The notes under the pieces: generated by a model
What the model saw: the letters and a program-made list of their open reading frames with translations, nothing else
What the model was told of the DNA's origin: nothing
Databases searched by the model: none
Made by a program: the position numbers and the translations under genes
From: Nemertoderma westbladi
Taxonomy: Eukaryota > Animalia > Xenacoelomorpha
Direction: 5' to 3'
DNA: 43,334 nucleotides
Assembly (NCBI GenBank): GCA_032718475.1
Contig: JAUCBJ010000311.1
Location: 1 to 43,334 of the forward strand
Shown here: positions 13,101 to 25,115 of the stretch, piece after piece
How the letters are laid out: every line of letters begins with the position of its first letter
How positions within the stretch are numbered: position 1 is the stretch's first letter

Positions 13101-16100
13101 AGCTGGAGGAGTCCCCTCTAGCTGGAGGAGTCCCCTCTAGCTGGAGGAGTCCCCTCTAGCTGGAGGAGTCCCATCTAGCTGGAGGAGTCCCCTCTAGCTG
13201 GAGGAGTCCCCTCTAGCTGGAGGTGTCCCATCTAGCTGGAGGAGTCCCATCTAGCTGGAGGAGTCCCATCTAGCTGGAGGAGTCCCATCTAGCTGGAGGA
13301 GTCCCCTCTAGCTGGAGGAGTCCCCTCTAGCTGGAGGTGTCCCATCTAGCTGGAGGAGTCCCATCTAGCTGGAGGAGTCCCCTCTAGCTGGAGGAGTCCT
13401 CTCTAGCTGGAGGAGTCCCCTCTAGCTGGAGGTGTCCCATCTAGCTGGAGGAGTCCCATCTAGCTGGAGGAGTCCCATCTAGCTGGAGGAGTCCCATCTA
13501 GCTGGAGGAGTCCCCTCTAGCTGGAGGAGTCCCCTCTAGCTGGAGGTGTCCCATCTAGCTGGAGGAGTCCCATCTAGCTGGAGGAGTCCCCTCTAGCTGG
13601 AGGAGTCCCCTCTAGCTGGAGGTGTCCCATCTAGCTGGAGGAGTCCCATCTAGCTGGAGGAGTCCCCTCTTGCTGGAGGAGTCCCCTCTAGCTGGAGGAG
13701 TCCCCTCTAGCTGGAGGTGTCCCGTCTAGCTGGAGGAGTCCCATCTAGCTGGAGGAGTCCCATCTAGCCGGAGGAGTCCCCTCTAGCTGGAGGAGTCCCC
13801 TCTAGCTGGAGGTGTCCCATCTAGCTGGAGGAGTCCCATCTAGCTGGAGGAGTCCCCTCTAGCTGGAGGAGTCCCCTCTAGCTGGAGGTGTCCCATCTAG
13901 CTGGAGGAGTCCCATCTAGCTGGAGGAGTCCCATCTAGCTGGAGGAGTCCCATCTAGCTGGAGGAGTCCCATCTAGCTGGAGGAGTCCCCTCTAGCTGGA
14001 GGAGTCCCCTCTAGCTGGAGGAGTCCCCTCTAGCTGGAGGAGTCCCATCTAGCTGGAGGAGTTCCCTCTAGCTGGATGAGTCCCATCTAGCTGGAGGAGT
14101 TCCCTCTAGCTGGAGGAGTTCCCTCTAGCTGGAGGAGTCCCATCTAGCTGGAGGTGTCCCATCTAGCTGGAGGAGTCCCCTCTAGCTGGAGGAGTTCCCT
14201 CTAGCTGGATGAGTCCCATCTAGCTGGAGGAGTCCCCTCTAGCTGGAGGAGTTCCCTCTAGCTGGAGGAGTCCCATCTAGCTGGAGGTGTCCCATCTAGC
14301 TGGAGGAGTCCCATCTAGCTGGAGGAGTCCCATCTAGCTGGAGGAGTCCCATCTAGCTGGAGGAGTTCCCTCTAGCTGGAGGAGTTCCCTCTAGCTGGAA
14401 GAGTTCCATCTAGCTGGAGGAGTTCCCTCTAGCTGGAGGAGTTCCCTCTAGCTGGAGGAGTTCCCTCTAGCTGGAGGAGTTCCCTCTAGCTGGAGGAGTC
14501 CCATCTAGCTGGAGGTGTCCCATCTAGCTGGAGGAGTCCCCTCTAGCTGGAGGAGTTCCCTCTAGCTGGATGAGTCCCATCTAGCTGGAGGAGTTCCCTC
14601 TAGCTGGAGGAGTTCCCTCTAGCTGGAGGAGTCCCATCTAGCTGGAGGTGTCCCATCTAGCTGGAGGAGTCCCATCTAGCTGGAGGAGTCCCATCTAGCT
14701 GGAGGAGTCCCATCTAGCTGGAGGAGTCCCATCTAGCTGGAGGAGTCCCATCTAGCTGGAGGAGTCCCATCTAGCTGGAGGAGTCCCATCTAGCTGGAGG
14801 AGTCCCATCTAGCTGGAGGAGTCCCATCTAGCTGGAGGAGTCCCTCTAGCTGGAGGAGTTCCCTCTAGCTGGAGGAGTTCCCTCTAGCTGGAGGAGTTCC
14901 CTCTAGCTGGAGGAGTTCCCTCTAGCTGGAGGAGTCCCATCTAGCTGGAGGTGTCCCATCTAGCTGGAGGAGTCCCATCTAGCTGGAGGAGTTCCCTCTA
15001 GCTGGAGGAGTCCCATCTAGCTGGAGGAGTCCCATCTAGCTGGAGGAGTCCCATCTAGCTGGAGGAGTCCCATCTAGCTGGAGGAGTCCCTCTAGCTGGA
15101 GGAGTCCCTCTAGCTGGAAGAGTCCCATCTAGCTGGAGGAGTCCCATCTAGCTGGAGGAGTTCCCTCTAGCTGGAGGAGTTCCCTCTAGCTGGAGGAGTT
15201 CCCTCTAGCTGGAGGAGTCCCATCTAGCTGGAGGAGTCCCATCTAGCTGGAGGAGTCCCCTCTAGCTGGAGGAGTTCCCTCTAGCTGGAGGAGTCCCATC
15301 TAGCTGGAGGAGTTCCCTCTAGCTGGAGGAGTTCCCTCTAGCTGGAGGAGTCCCATCTAGCTGGAGGAGTCCCATCTAGCTGGAGGAGTCCCATCTAGCT
15401 GGAGGAGTCCCATCTAGCTGGAGGAGTCCCATCTAGCTGGAGGAGTCCCATCTAGCTGGAGGAGTCCCATCTAGCTGGAGGAGTCCCATCTAGCTGGAGG
15501 AGTCCCATCTAGCTGGAGGAGTCCCATCTAGCTGGAGGAGTCCCATCTAGCTGGATGAGTCCCCTCTGGCTGGAGGAGTCCCCTCTAGCTGGAGGAGTCC
15601 CCTCTAGCTGGAGGAGTCCCCTCTAGCTGGAGGAGTCCCATCTAGCTGGAGGAGTCCCATCTAGCTGGAGGAGTCCCATCTAGCTGGAGGAGTCCCATCT
15701 AGCTGGAGGAGTTCCCTCTAGCTGGAGGAGTCCCATCTAGCTGGAGGAGTCCCCTCTAGCTGGAGGAGTTCCCTCTAGCTGGAGGAGTCCCATCTAGCTG
15801 GAGGAGTTCCCTCTAGCTGGAGGAGTTCCCTCTAGCTGGAGGAGTCCCATCTAGCTGGAGGAGTCCCATCTAGCTGGAGGAGTCCCCTCTAGCTGGAGGA
15901 GTCCCATCTAGCTGGAGGAGTCCCATCTAGCTGGAGGAGTCCCCTCTAGCTGGAGGAGTCCCCTCTAGCTGGAGGAGTCCCCTCTAGCTGGAGGAGTCCC
16001 ATCTAGCTGGAGGAGTCCCATCTAGCTGGAGGAGTCCCCTCTAGCTGGAGGAGTCCCCTCTAGCTGGAGGAGTTCCCTCTAGCTGGAGGAGTTCCCTCTA

Positions 16101-19100
16101 GCTGGAGGAGTCCCATCTAGCTGGAGGAGTCCCTCTAGCTGGAGGAGTCCCCTCTAGCTGGAGGAGTCCCATCTAGCTGGAGGAGTCCCCTCTAGCTGGA
16201 GGAGTCCCATCTAGCTGGAGGAGTCCCATCTAGCTGGAGGAGTCCCATCTAGCTGGAGGAGTCCCATCTAGCTGGAGGAGTCCCATCTAGCTGGAGGAGT
16301 CCCATCTAGCTGGAGGAGTCCCATCTAGCTGGAGGAGTCCCCTCTAGCTGGAGGAGTCCCCTCTAGCTGGAGGAGTCCCATCTAGCTGGAGGAGTCCCAT
16401 CTAGCTGGAGGAGTCCCATCTAGCTGGAGGAGTCCCATCTAGCTGGAGGAGTTCCCTCTAGCTGGAGGAGTCCCATCTAGCTGGAGGAGTCCCCTCTAGC
16501 TGGAGGAGTCCCCTCTAGCTGGAGGAGTCCCATCTAGCTGGAGGAGTCCCCTCTAGCTGGAGGAGTCCCCTCTAGCTGGAGGAGTCCCTCTAGCTGGAGG
16601 AGTCCCCTCTAGCTGGAGGAGTCCCATCTAGCTGGAGGAGTCCCATCTAGCTGGAGGAGTTCCCTCTAGCTGGAGGAGTCCCATCTAGCTGGAGGAGTCC
16701 CCTCTAGCTGGAGGAGTCCCATCTAGCTGGAGGAGTCCCATCTAGCTGGAGGAGTCCCATCTAGCTGGAGGAGTCCCCTCTAGCTGGAGGAGTCCCCTCT
16801 AGCTGGAGGAGTCCCATCTAGCTGGAGGAGTCCCATCTAGCTGGAGGAGTCCCATCTAGCTGGAGGAGTCCCCTCTAGCTGGAGGAGTCCCCTCTAGCTG
16901 GAGGAGTCCCCTCTAGCTGGAGGAGTCCCATCTAGCTGGAGGAGTCCCCTCTAGCTGGAGGAGTCCCATCTAGCTGGAGGAGTCCCCTCTAGCTGGAGGA
17001 GTCCCCTCTAGCTGGAGGAGTCCCATCTAGCTGGAGGAGTCCCCTCTAGCTGGAGGAGTCCCCTCTAGCTGGAGGAGTCCCATCTAGCTGGAGGAGTCCC
17101 ATCTAGCTGGAGGAGTCCCTCTAGCTGGAGGAGTCCCATCTAGCTGGAGGAGTCCCATCTAGCTGGAGGAGTCCCCTCTAGCTGGAGGAGTCCCCTCTAG
17201 CTGGAGGTGTCCCATCTAGCTGGAGGAGTCCCATCTAGCTGGAGGAGTCCCCTCTAGCTGGAGGAGTCCTCTCTAGCTGGAGGAGTCCCCTCTAGCTGGA
17301 GGTGTCCCATCTAGCTGGAGGAGTCCCATCTAGCTGGAGGAGTCCCATCTAGCTGGAGGAGTCCCATCTAGCTGGAGGAGTCCCCTCTAGCTGGAGGAGT
17401 CCCCTCTAGCTGGAGGTGTCCCATCTAGCTGGAGGAGTCCCATCTAGCTGGAGGAGTCCCCTCTAGCTGGAGGAGTCCCCTCTAGCTGGAGGTGTCCCAT
17501 CTAGCTGGAGGAGTCCCATCTAGCTGGAGGAGTCCCCTCTTGCTGGAGGAGTCCCCTCTAGCTGGAGGAGTCCCCTCTAGCTGGAGGTGTCCCGTCTAGC
17601 TGGAGGAGTCCCATCTAGCTGGAGGAGTCCCATCTAGCTGGAGGAGTCCCCTCTAGCTGGAGGAGTCCCCTCTAGCTGGAGGTGTCCCATCTAGCTGGAG
17701 GAGTCCCATCTAGCTGGAGGAGTCCCCTCTAGCTGGAGGAGTCCCCTCTAGCTGGAGGTGTCCCATCTAGCTGGAGGAGTCCCATCTAGCTGGAGGAGTC
17801 CCATCTAGCTGGATGAGTCCCATCTAGCTGGAGGAGTCCCATCTAGCTGGAGGAGTCCCCTCTAGCTGGAGGAGTCCCCTCTAGCTGGAGGAGTCCCCTC
17901 TAGCTGGAGGAGTCCCATCTAGCTGGAGGAGTTCCCTCTAGCTGGATGAGTCCCATCTAGCTGGAGGAGTTCCCTCTAGCTGGAGGAGTTCCCTCTAGCT
18001 GGAGGAGTCCCATCTAGCTGGAGGTGTCCCATCTAGCTGGAGGAGTCCCCTCTAGCTGGAGGAGTTCCCTCTAGCTGGATGAGTCCCATCTAGCTGGAGG
18101 AGTTCCCTCTAGCTGGAGGAGTTCCCTCTAGCTGGAGGAGTCCCATCTAGCTGGAGGTGTCCCATCTAGCTGGAGGAGTCCCATCTAGCTGGAGGAGTCC
18201 CATCTAGCTGGAGGAGTCCCATCTAGCTGGAGGAGTTCCCTCTAGCTGGAGGAGTTCCCTCTAGCTGGAAGAGTTCCATCTAGCTGGAGGAGTTCCCTCT
18301 AGCTGGAGGAGTTCCCTCTAGCTGGAGGAGTTCCCTCTAGCTGGAGGAGTTCCCTCTAGCTGGAGGAGTCCCATCTAGCTGGAGGAGTCCCATCTAGCTG
18401 GAGGAGTCCCCTCTAGCTGGAGGAGTTCCCTCTAGCTGGATGAGTCCCATCTAGCTGGAGGAGTTCCCTCTAGCTGGAGGAGTTCCCTCTAGCTGGAGGA
18501 GTCCCATCTAGCTGGAGGAGTCCCATCTAGCTGGAGGAGTCCCATCTAGCTGGAGGAGTCCCATCTAGCTGGAGGAGTCCCATCTAGCTGGAGGAGTCCC
18601 ATCTAGCTGGAGGAGTCCCATCTAGCTGGAGGAGTCCCATCTAGCTGGAGGAGTCCCATCTAGCTGGAGGAGTCCCATCTAGCTGGAGGAGTCTCATCTA
18701 GCTGGATGAGTCCCCTCTGGCTGGAGGAGTCCCCTCTAGCTGGAGGAGTCCCCTCTAGCTGGAGGAGTCCCCTCTAGCTGGAGGTGTCCCATCTAGCTGG
18801 AGGAGTCCCATCTAGCTGGAGGAGTTCCCTCTAGCTGGAGGAGTCCCATCTAGCTGGAGGAGTCCCATCTAGCTGGAGGAGTCCCATCTAGCTGGAGGAG
18901 TCCCATCTAGCTGGAGGAGTTCCCTCTAGCTGGAGGAGTTCCCTCTAGCTGGAAGAGTTCCATCTAGCTGGAGGAGTTCCATCTAGCTGGAGGAGTTCCC
19001 TCTAGCTGGAGGAGTTCCCTCTAGCTGGAGGAGTTCCCTCTAGCTGGAGGAGTCCCATCTAGCTGGAGGTGTCCCATCTAGCTGGAGGAGTCCCCTCTAG

Positions 19101-21932
19101 CTGGAGGAGTTCCCTCTAGCTGGATGAGTCCCATCTAGCTGGAGGAGTTCCCTCTAGCTGGAGGAGTTCCCTCTAGCTGGAGGAGTCCCATCTAGCTGGA
19201 GGTGTCCCATCTAGCTGGAGGAGTCCCATCTAGCTGGAGGAGTCCCATCTAGCTGGAGGAGTCCCATCTAGCTGGAGGAGTCCCATCTAGCTGGAGGAGT
19301 CCCATCTAGCTGGAGGAGTCCCATCTAGCTGGAGGAGTCCCATCTAGCTGGAGGAGTCCCATCTAGCTGGAGGAGTCTCATCTAGCTGGATGAGTCCCCT
19401 CTGGCTGGAGGAGTCCCCTCTAGCTGAAGGAGTCCCCTCTAGCTGGAGGAGTCCCCTCTAGCTGGAGGTGTCCCATCTAGCTGGAGGAGTCCCATCTAGC
19501 TGGAGGAGTCCCATCTAGCTGGAGGAGTCCCATCTAGCTGGAGGAGTTCCCTCTAGCTGGAGGAGTCCCATCTAGCTGGAGGAGTTCCCTCTAGCTGGAG
19601 GAGTTCCCTCTAGCTGGAGGAGTCCCATCTAGCTGGAGGAGTTCCCTCTAGCTGGAGGAGTTCCCTCTAGCTGGAGGAGTCCCATCTAGCTGGAGGAGTC
19701 CCATCTAGCTGGAGGAGTCCCCTCTAGCTGGAGGAGTCCCATCTAGCTGGAGGAGTCCCATCTAGCTGGAGGAGTCCCCTCTAGCTGGAGGAGTCCCCTC
19801 TAGCTGGAGGAGTCCCCTCTAGCTGGAGGAGTCCCATCTAGCTGGATGAGTCCCATCTAGCTGGAGGAGTCCCCTCTAGCTGGAGGAGTCCCCTCTAGCT
19901 GGAGGAGTTCCCTCTAGCTGGAGGAGTTCCCTCTAGCTGGAGGAGTCCCATCTAGCTGGAGGAGTTCCCTCTAGCTGGAGGAGTTCCCTCTAGCTGGAGG
20001 AGTCCCATCTAGCTGGAGGAGTCCCCTCTAGCTGGAGGAGTCCCATCTAGCTGGAGGAGTCCCATCTAGCTGGACGAGTCCCATCTAGCTGGAGGAGTCC
20101 CATCTAGCTGGAGGAGTCCCATCTCGCTGGACGAGTCCCATCTAGCTGGAGGAGTCCCATCTAGCTGGAGGAGTTCCCTCTAGCTGGAGGAGTCCCCTCT
20201 AGCTGGAGGTGTCCCATCTAGCTGGAGGAGTCCCATCTAGCTGGAGGAGTCCCATCTAGCTGGAGGAGTCCCATCTAGCTGGAGGAGTTCCCTCTAGCTG
20301 GAGGAGTCCCATCTAGCTGGAGGAGTTCCCTCTAGCTGGAGGAGTTCCCTCTAGCTGGAGGAGTCCCATCTAGCTGGAGGAGTCCCCTCTAGCTGGAGGA
20401 GTCCCCTCTAGCTGGAGGAGTTCCCTCTAGCTGGAGGAGTTCCCTCTAGCTGGAGGAGTCCCATCTAGCTGGAGGAGTTCCCTCTAGCTGGAGGAGTTCC
20501 CTCTAGCTGGAGGAGTCCCATCTAGCTGGAGGAGTCCCCTCTAGCTGGAGGAGTCCCATCTAGCTGGAGGTGTCCCATCTAGCTGGAGGAGTCCCATCTA
20601 GCTGGAGGAGTTCCCTCTAGCTGGAGGAGTCCCCTCTAGCTGGAGGTGTCCCATCTAGCTGGAGGAGTCCCATCTAGCTGGAGGAGTCCCATCTAGCTGG
20701 AGGAGTCCCATCTAGCTGGAGGAGTCCCATCTAGCTGGAGGAGTCCCCTCTAGCTGAAGGAGTCCCCTCTAGCTGGAGGTGTCCCATCTAGCTGGAGGAG
20801 TCCCATCTAGCTGGAGGAGTCCCCTCTAGCTGAAGGAGTCCCCTCTAGCTGGAGGAGTCCCCTCTAGCTGGAGGTGTCCCATCTAGCTGGAGGAGTCCCA
20901 TCTAGCTGGATGAGTCCCCTCTGGCTGGAGGAGTCCCCTCTAGCTGGAGGAGTCCCCTCTAGCTGGAGGAGTCCCCTCTAGCTGAAGGAGTCCCCTCTAG
21001 CTGGAGGAGTCCCCTCTAGCTGGAGGAGTTCCCTCTAGCTGGAGGAGTCCCATCTAGCTGGAGGTGTCCCATCTAGCTGGAGGAGTCCCATCTAGCTGGA
21101 GGAGTTCCCTCTAGCTGGAGGAGTCCCCTCTAGCTGGAGGTGTCCCATCTAGCTGGAGGAGTCCCATCTAGCTGGAGGAGTCCCATCTAGCTGGAGGAGT
21201 CCCATCTAGCTGGAGGAGTCCCATCTAGCTGGAGGAGTCCCCTCTAGCTGAAGGAGTCCCCTCTAGCTGGAGGTGTCCCATCTAGCTGGAGGAGTCCCAT
21301 CTAGCTGGAGGAGTCCCCTCTAGCTGAAGGAGTCCCCTCTAGCTGGAGGAGTCCCCTCTAGCTGGAGGTGTCCCATCTAGCTGGAGGAGTCCCATCTAGC
21401 TGGATGAGTCCCCTCTGGCTGGAGGAGTCCCCTCTAGCTGGAGGAGTCCCCTCTAGCTGGAGGAGTCCCCTCTAGCTGAAGGAGTCCCCTCTAGCTGGAG
21501 GAGTCCCCTCTAGCTGGAGGAGTTCCCTCTAGCTGGAGGAGTTCCCTCTAGCTGGATGAGTCCCCTCTGGCTGGAGGAGTCCCCTCTAGCTGGAGGAGTC
21601 CCCTCTAGCTGGAGGAGTCCCCTCTAGCTGAAGGAGTCCCCCCTAGCTGGAGGAGTCCCATCTAGCTGGAGGAGTTCCCTCTAGCTGGATGAGTCCCCTC
21701 TGGCTGGAGGAGTCCCCTCTAGCTGGAGGAGTCCCCTCTAGCTGGAGGAGTCCCCTCTAGCTGAAGGAGTCCCCTCTAGCTGGAGGAGTCCCCTCTAGCT
21801 GGAGGAGTTCCCTCTAGCTGGAGGAGTCCCATCTAGCTGGACGAGTCCCCTCTAGCTGGAGGAGTCCCATCTAGCTGGAGGAGTCCCCTCTAGCTGGAGG
21901 AGTTCCCTCTAGCTGGAGGAGTCCCCTCTAGC
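1124..21932. repeat. Giant 19-bp tandem satellite/minisatellite array, consensus TAGCTGGAGGAGTCCC[A/C]TC, ~1,095 units
   Basis: Uninterrupted head-to-tail 19-mers from ccatctagctggaggagtc (1124) to ...cccctctagc (21932); 20,809/19 is about 1,095. Recurrent variants include TAGCTAGAGGAGAACCATT, GGAAGAG, GGATGAG, GTTCC, GGTGTC and CTGAAGG. Confidence 0.99.
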
Positions 21933-22859
21933 GGATGATGTTGCGTTTAGCCACCAAGCCTCAGCAATGTGGTCTATCATGATCATGATGTGGGGGGGGG
22001 TGGTGGGGAGGGGGGCTGTAATTTAGCGATTTTCCCGAAATTCCTCTGCTCTGAGGTCTGTTGTATGATGGCGTGTCCTGCGGCTTGCAGCTTCGAGCTT
22101 GAGAGGAAAGCCTCGGCCACAAATGAGGTTCCCTTAATTGAGGTTGTCCTAGACAAGCTCATACGCTTCATTAAAATTAATTATGTTTAAAATATTAGGT
22201 CTATCTATATTATATAATAATAATTATGTTATTATTTTTTTATCTATATTTATAGATTTAACACGTAGCGAATACGACATAAATGGTTATGTGTATGTAT
22301 AACGGAGTTTTAACGACTTTGGGAACTAACTAACTAATACTTTTAAGTATTATTTTGGTTTTAAATATTTTTTCTCCTTAAAAAGAAAACATTACTTAAT
22401 GCTAACACTAAACTAATTTTGAATTGTAGCAAAATGATTTGATTTATGCATGTAACATCTACGCCTTTTTATCATCACATGAAATATATATATATAGTTG
22501 CAAATGTGTCAAAAGTTAATAACATTAATTCGCCATTATATGCAATATATATAGCACGAATGAATAATGTAACAAATTATCTAATTAGTACTGTTGAAAC
22601 ACGTCTGTTGTATAACAAATGAATACAGTTAAAAATACGTCCAAGAAACATGATTTATTACAAACACGATATGACTGACTAATTATCCAAATACTGACCA
22701 CAAAATTATAAAATAAAGGGAAATTATTATGCTATGTCTCCCATTTATGGTTTCTAAGTAACCACAGTCTTCAATTGGTATTTCATGTGAAGTTCGACGC
22801 TAAATCTATATGTTGCTATGTACTGTCTCTATATAGAGAGAGCGATGGAAACAACTGAT

Positions 22860-23500
22860 CTGAACAACTGAACTGAATAACTGAACTGAATAACGTCAAC
22901 ACATCTATGATCTTCATTAGACATACTTGACTTGACATACTTGGTATACATTTGTTGACATTTACTTAACATGTATTACTTGACTTGAAATTCTTGACTT
23001 GACATGACTTGGCCTGGCCTGGCATAACTGCTTGGAGATAATTGACTTCATTTGATATATTATGCTTGACTTGACATACTAGACTTCACTTGATGCACTA
23101 TACTTGACGAACAAGGGCTTGACATAATTGACCGGACATACTTAAATTGGCCAGACTTGACTTACTTGGAATGATATTCATGACTTGAAATTCTTCCGTC
23201 AAGTGAAGTCAAGTACGTCAAGTAAAGTGAAAGTAAATAAAGTAAAGTAAAGGTAAACATGCTACATCTGCTACATTATTGATGCATACATTTTTTTCAT
23301 TGTCATCACTTTATGAAACTATTTCGTCAATTGAAGTCGAAAAAACGACAAAGGGTAGAAAAAAATAAACATTTAAAGTCACAAATAATATAATTGGACA
23401 TTTTATATTGTAGAAATGTATAATGTACAAAATTCTCCAATCGGTGAAGCGCCTTTCGTATAAAAAACAAATCTAAAGGGTTACAAATACGTCACATAAT
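22860..23500 (+). repeat. Interspersed repeat copy A: degenerate (ACTTG/GACAT)n tract plus a non-repetitive AT-rich segment
   Basis: gacatacttgacttgac-type degenerate pentamers at ~22915-23200. Segment 23290-23495 matches 30815-30900 and 31712-31881 in reverse complement. Confidence 0.75.
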
Positions 23501-23661
23501 TTAATATGAATAATAATAATTCATTCTAGATAGTTTTATAATCACCAAGCGAGGAAGATATCTCATGCGACAACTGATAATGTTAATATGCGTCATAAAA
23601 CCACATGCATGTAATGCATGAGCATGACCTTCTATAGATACGACCCGCCAAGCTGCTGCAA

Positions 23662-23900
23662 AGGGATCTAGGACACCCCCCCCCCCCCCCCCCCGGACAG
23701 TTCCACCCCGGACACTTCCCCCCGGCCAAGTAGGACACTTCCCCCCCGTACAGTGTACGGGGGAGAAGTGTCCGGGGAAAGTGTATGGCGTACACTTTCC
23801 CCGGACACTTCCCTCCCGGACAGTTCCCCCCCGGACACTTCCCCCCCGCCCAAGTAGGACCCTCCCCCCCCCGTACACTCCCCCCGGACACTTCCCCCCC
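23662..23900. repeat. C-rich short-repeat cluster (GGACACTTCCCCCC-like) with internal inverted copies; probable MITE terminus
   Basis: About 9 direct copies of ggaca(c/g)ttcc(c)n, plus inverted copies (ggggagaagtgtccggggaaagtgta ... tacactttccccggacactt). Confidence 0.7.
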
Positions 23901-24046
23901 AGTTAAAGTGTTAAAATAAATCTGGGTGCATCAAAGCAATAAACAAAAGCTAAAGATGGTTACAGGTCAAGTTGTATCTAGAAAAGCTTTTTCAAAATTA
24001 TAAAAGAAACATTCTTATAGTCAAATTTTGTTTGTTTTTCATTTAA

Positions 24047-24217
24047 TTGGGGGCTGCCGCCCCCAAACCACAGCTTCTTTTGTTGGGGGCTGTCGCCCCC
24101 AAACCTCTGCTTCTTTTCTTGGGGGCTGCCGCCCCCAAATCCCTGCTTCTTTTCTTGGGGGCTGCCGCCCCCAAACCCCCGCTTCTTTTCTTGGGAGCTG
24201 CCGCCCCCAAACCCCGG
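24047..24217. repeat. 36-bp tandem repeat, ~5 copies, each with hairpin TTGGGGGC-TGCC-GCCCCCAA
   Basis: Unit starts at 24047, 24083, 24119, 24155 and 24191 (exact 36-bp period). Confidence 0.92.
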
Positions 24218-24396
24218 CATTTCCCTGTGTGCCTGTGCCCGTGGTGATAGACTTTGCGACCGTTTTGAAATAATCAATTAATGTTTGTTTTATCAGATAA
24301 TAAATTGACTAAGCCTAAAGTAGGAGCTGTATTGAATCTTAACCAAATTAATATATAAATTACTACAATTATTATTATTGCAATTATCCAGGAAAT

Positions 24397-25115
24397 TTAA
24401 TATTTGGAATCTGTCAGTTAAATAACTTTTAATTAAGTTGCAAGCTGTTGTGGGAAACCCCAAATTTGATAAGACATTTATCAGTTGCGAATGATCAAGA
24501 GAATTGAAGGCCTTGCTGAGGTCGAGAAATGCTACTGCCACGTATTTATGTTTGTCTAATTGATATCGCCATCGTTCGGTCGCATACGTAACTGCGTCCA
24601 GTGTAGAAACTTGAAACTGAATTGAAAAGTAGTGCGTAATTTGTATTTGTAAAGATGGTGTTAAATTTGACTTACAAGTACCTGTTCTATTATTTTTTAA
24701 ATGGTATGTGTGATACTTAAAGGGCGATAGTTATGTGGGTCATCATCGTCTCCCTTTTTATTGAGAGGCGATTATGGTTGATAGTTTTAATGTGTCAGGG
24801 AAAACGGATCGAGTAATGAAGTCATTTATAATATGATATAGAGGTGATAAAATCAGAGGGCGAATCTGTTTCAATATTCTTGTAGGGATTTGTTGGTTTG
24901 TTGGTTCCGCATGGTATGTTTTCGTTTTAATTTTGAATGATTTTGTTTAGGTCAAGAATATCTATAGAAGAGAAAGAGAAAACGTTGTTGTTTGGAGTAG
25001 ATTGAATTTGGTTTTGAATCGGAATTGATTTACTTGTAATATTAAGATCTGAAAATTTACCAATGTCGATATATATTTCATTTAAAATGTTAGATATTTC
25101 TTTGTGAGCGGATTC
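24397..25115 (-). pseudogene. Degenerate LINE ORF2 fragment (CR1/L2-group), N-terminal part of the reverse transcriptase
   Basis: Minus-strand translation across frameshifts gives QIPTRILKQIRPLILSPLYHIINDFITRSVFPDTLK, PLNKKGDDDDPHNYRP and STLDAVTYATERWRYQLDKHKYVAVAFLDLSKAFNSLDHSQL..SYLTDRFQ. NYRP and FLDLSKAF are standard LINE RT motifs. Truncated before QG/YADD. Confidence 0.9.

Noticed and set aside
1124-21932. 19-bp array as a CRISPR array or repeat-protein gene
   Set aside because: No unique spacers, no cas genes, eukaryotic context, and stops in all six frames.
21969-22190. Short ORFs at the right edge of the array
   Set aside because: Overlapping on both strands and driven by a G-run; they do not extend into the array and have no recognisable motif.
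23501-23891. Gly-rich minus-strand ORFs
   Set aside because: Products of G-run repeats, open in all three frames.
23978-24277. ORFs with GFGGGSPQEKK repeats, or a 36-bp CRISPR
   Set aside because: A 36-bp tandem repeat open in several frames on both strands; linkers are near-identical, not spacers.
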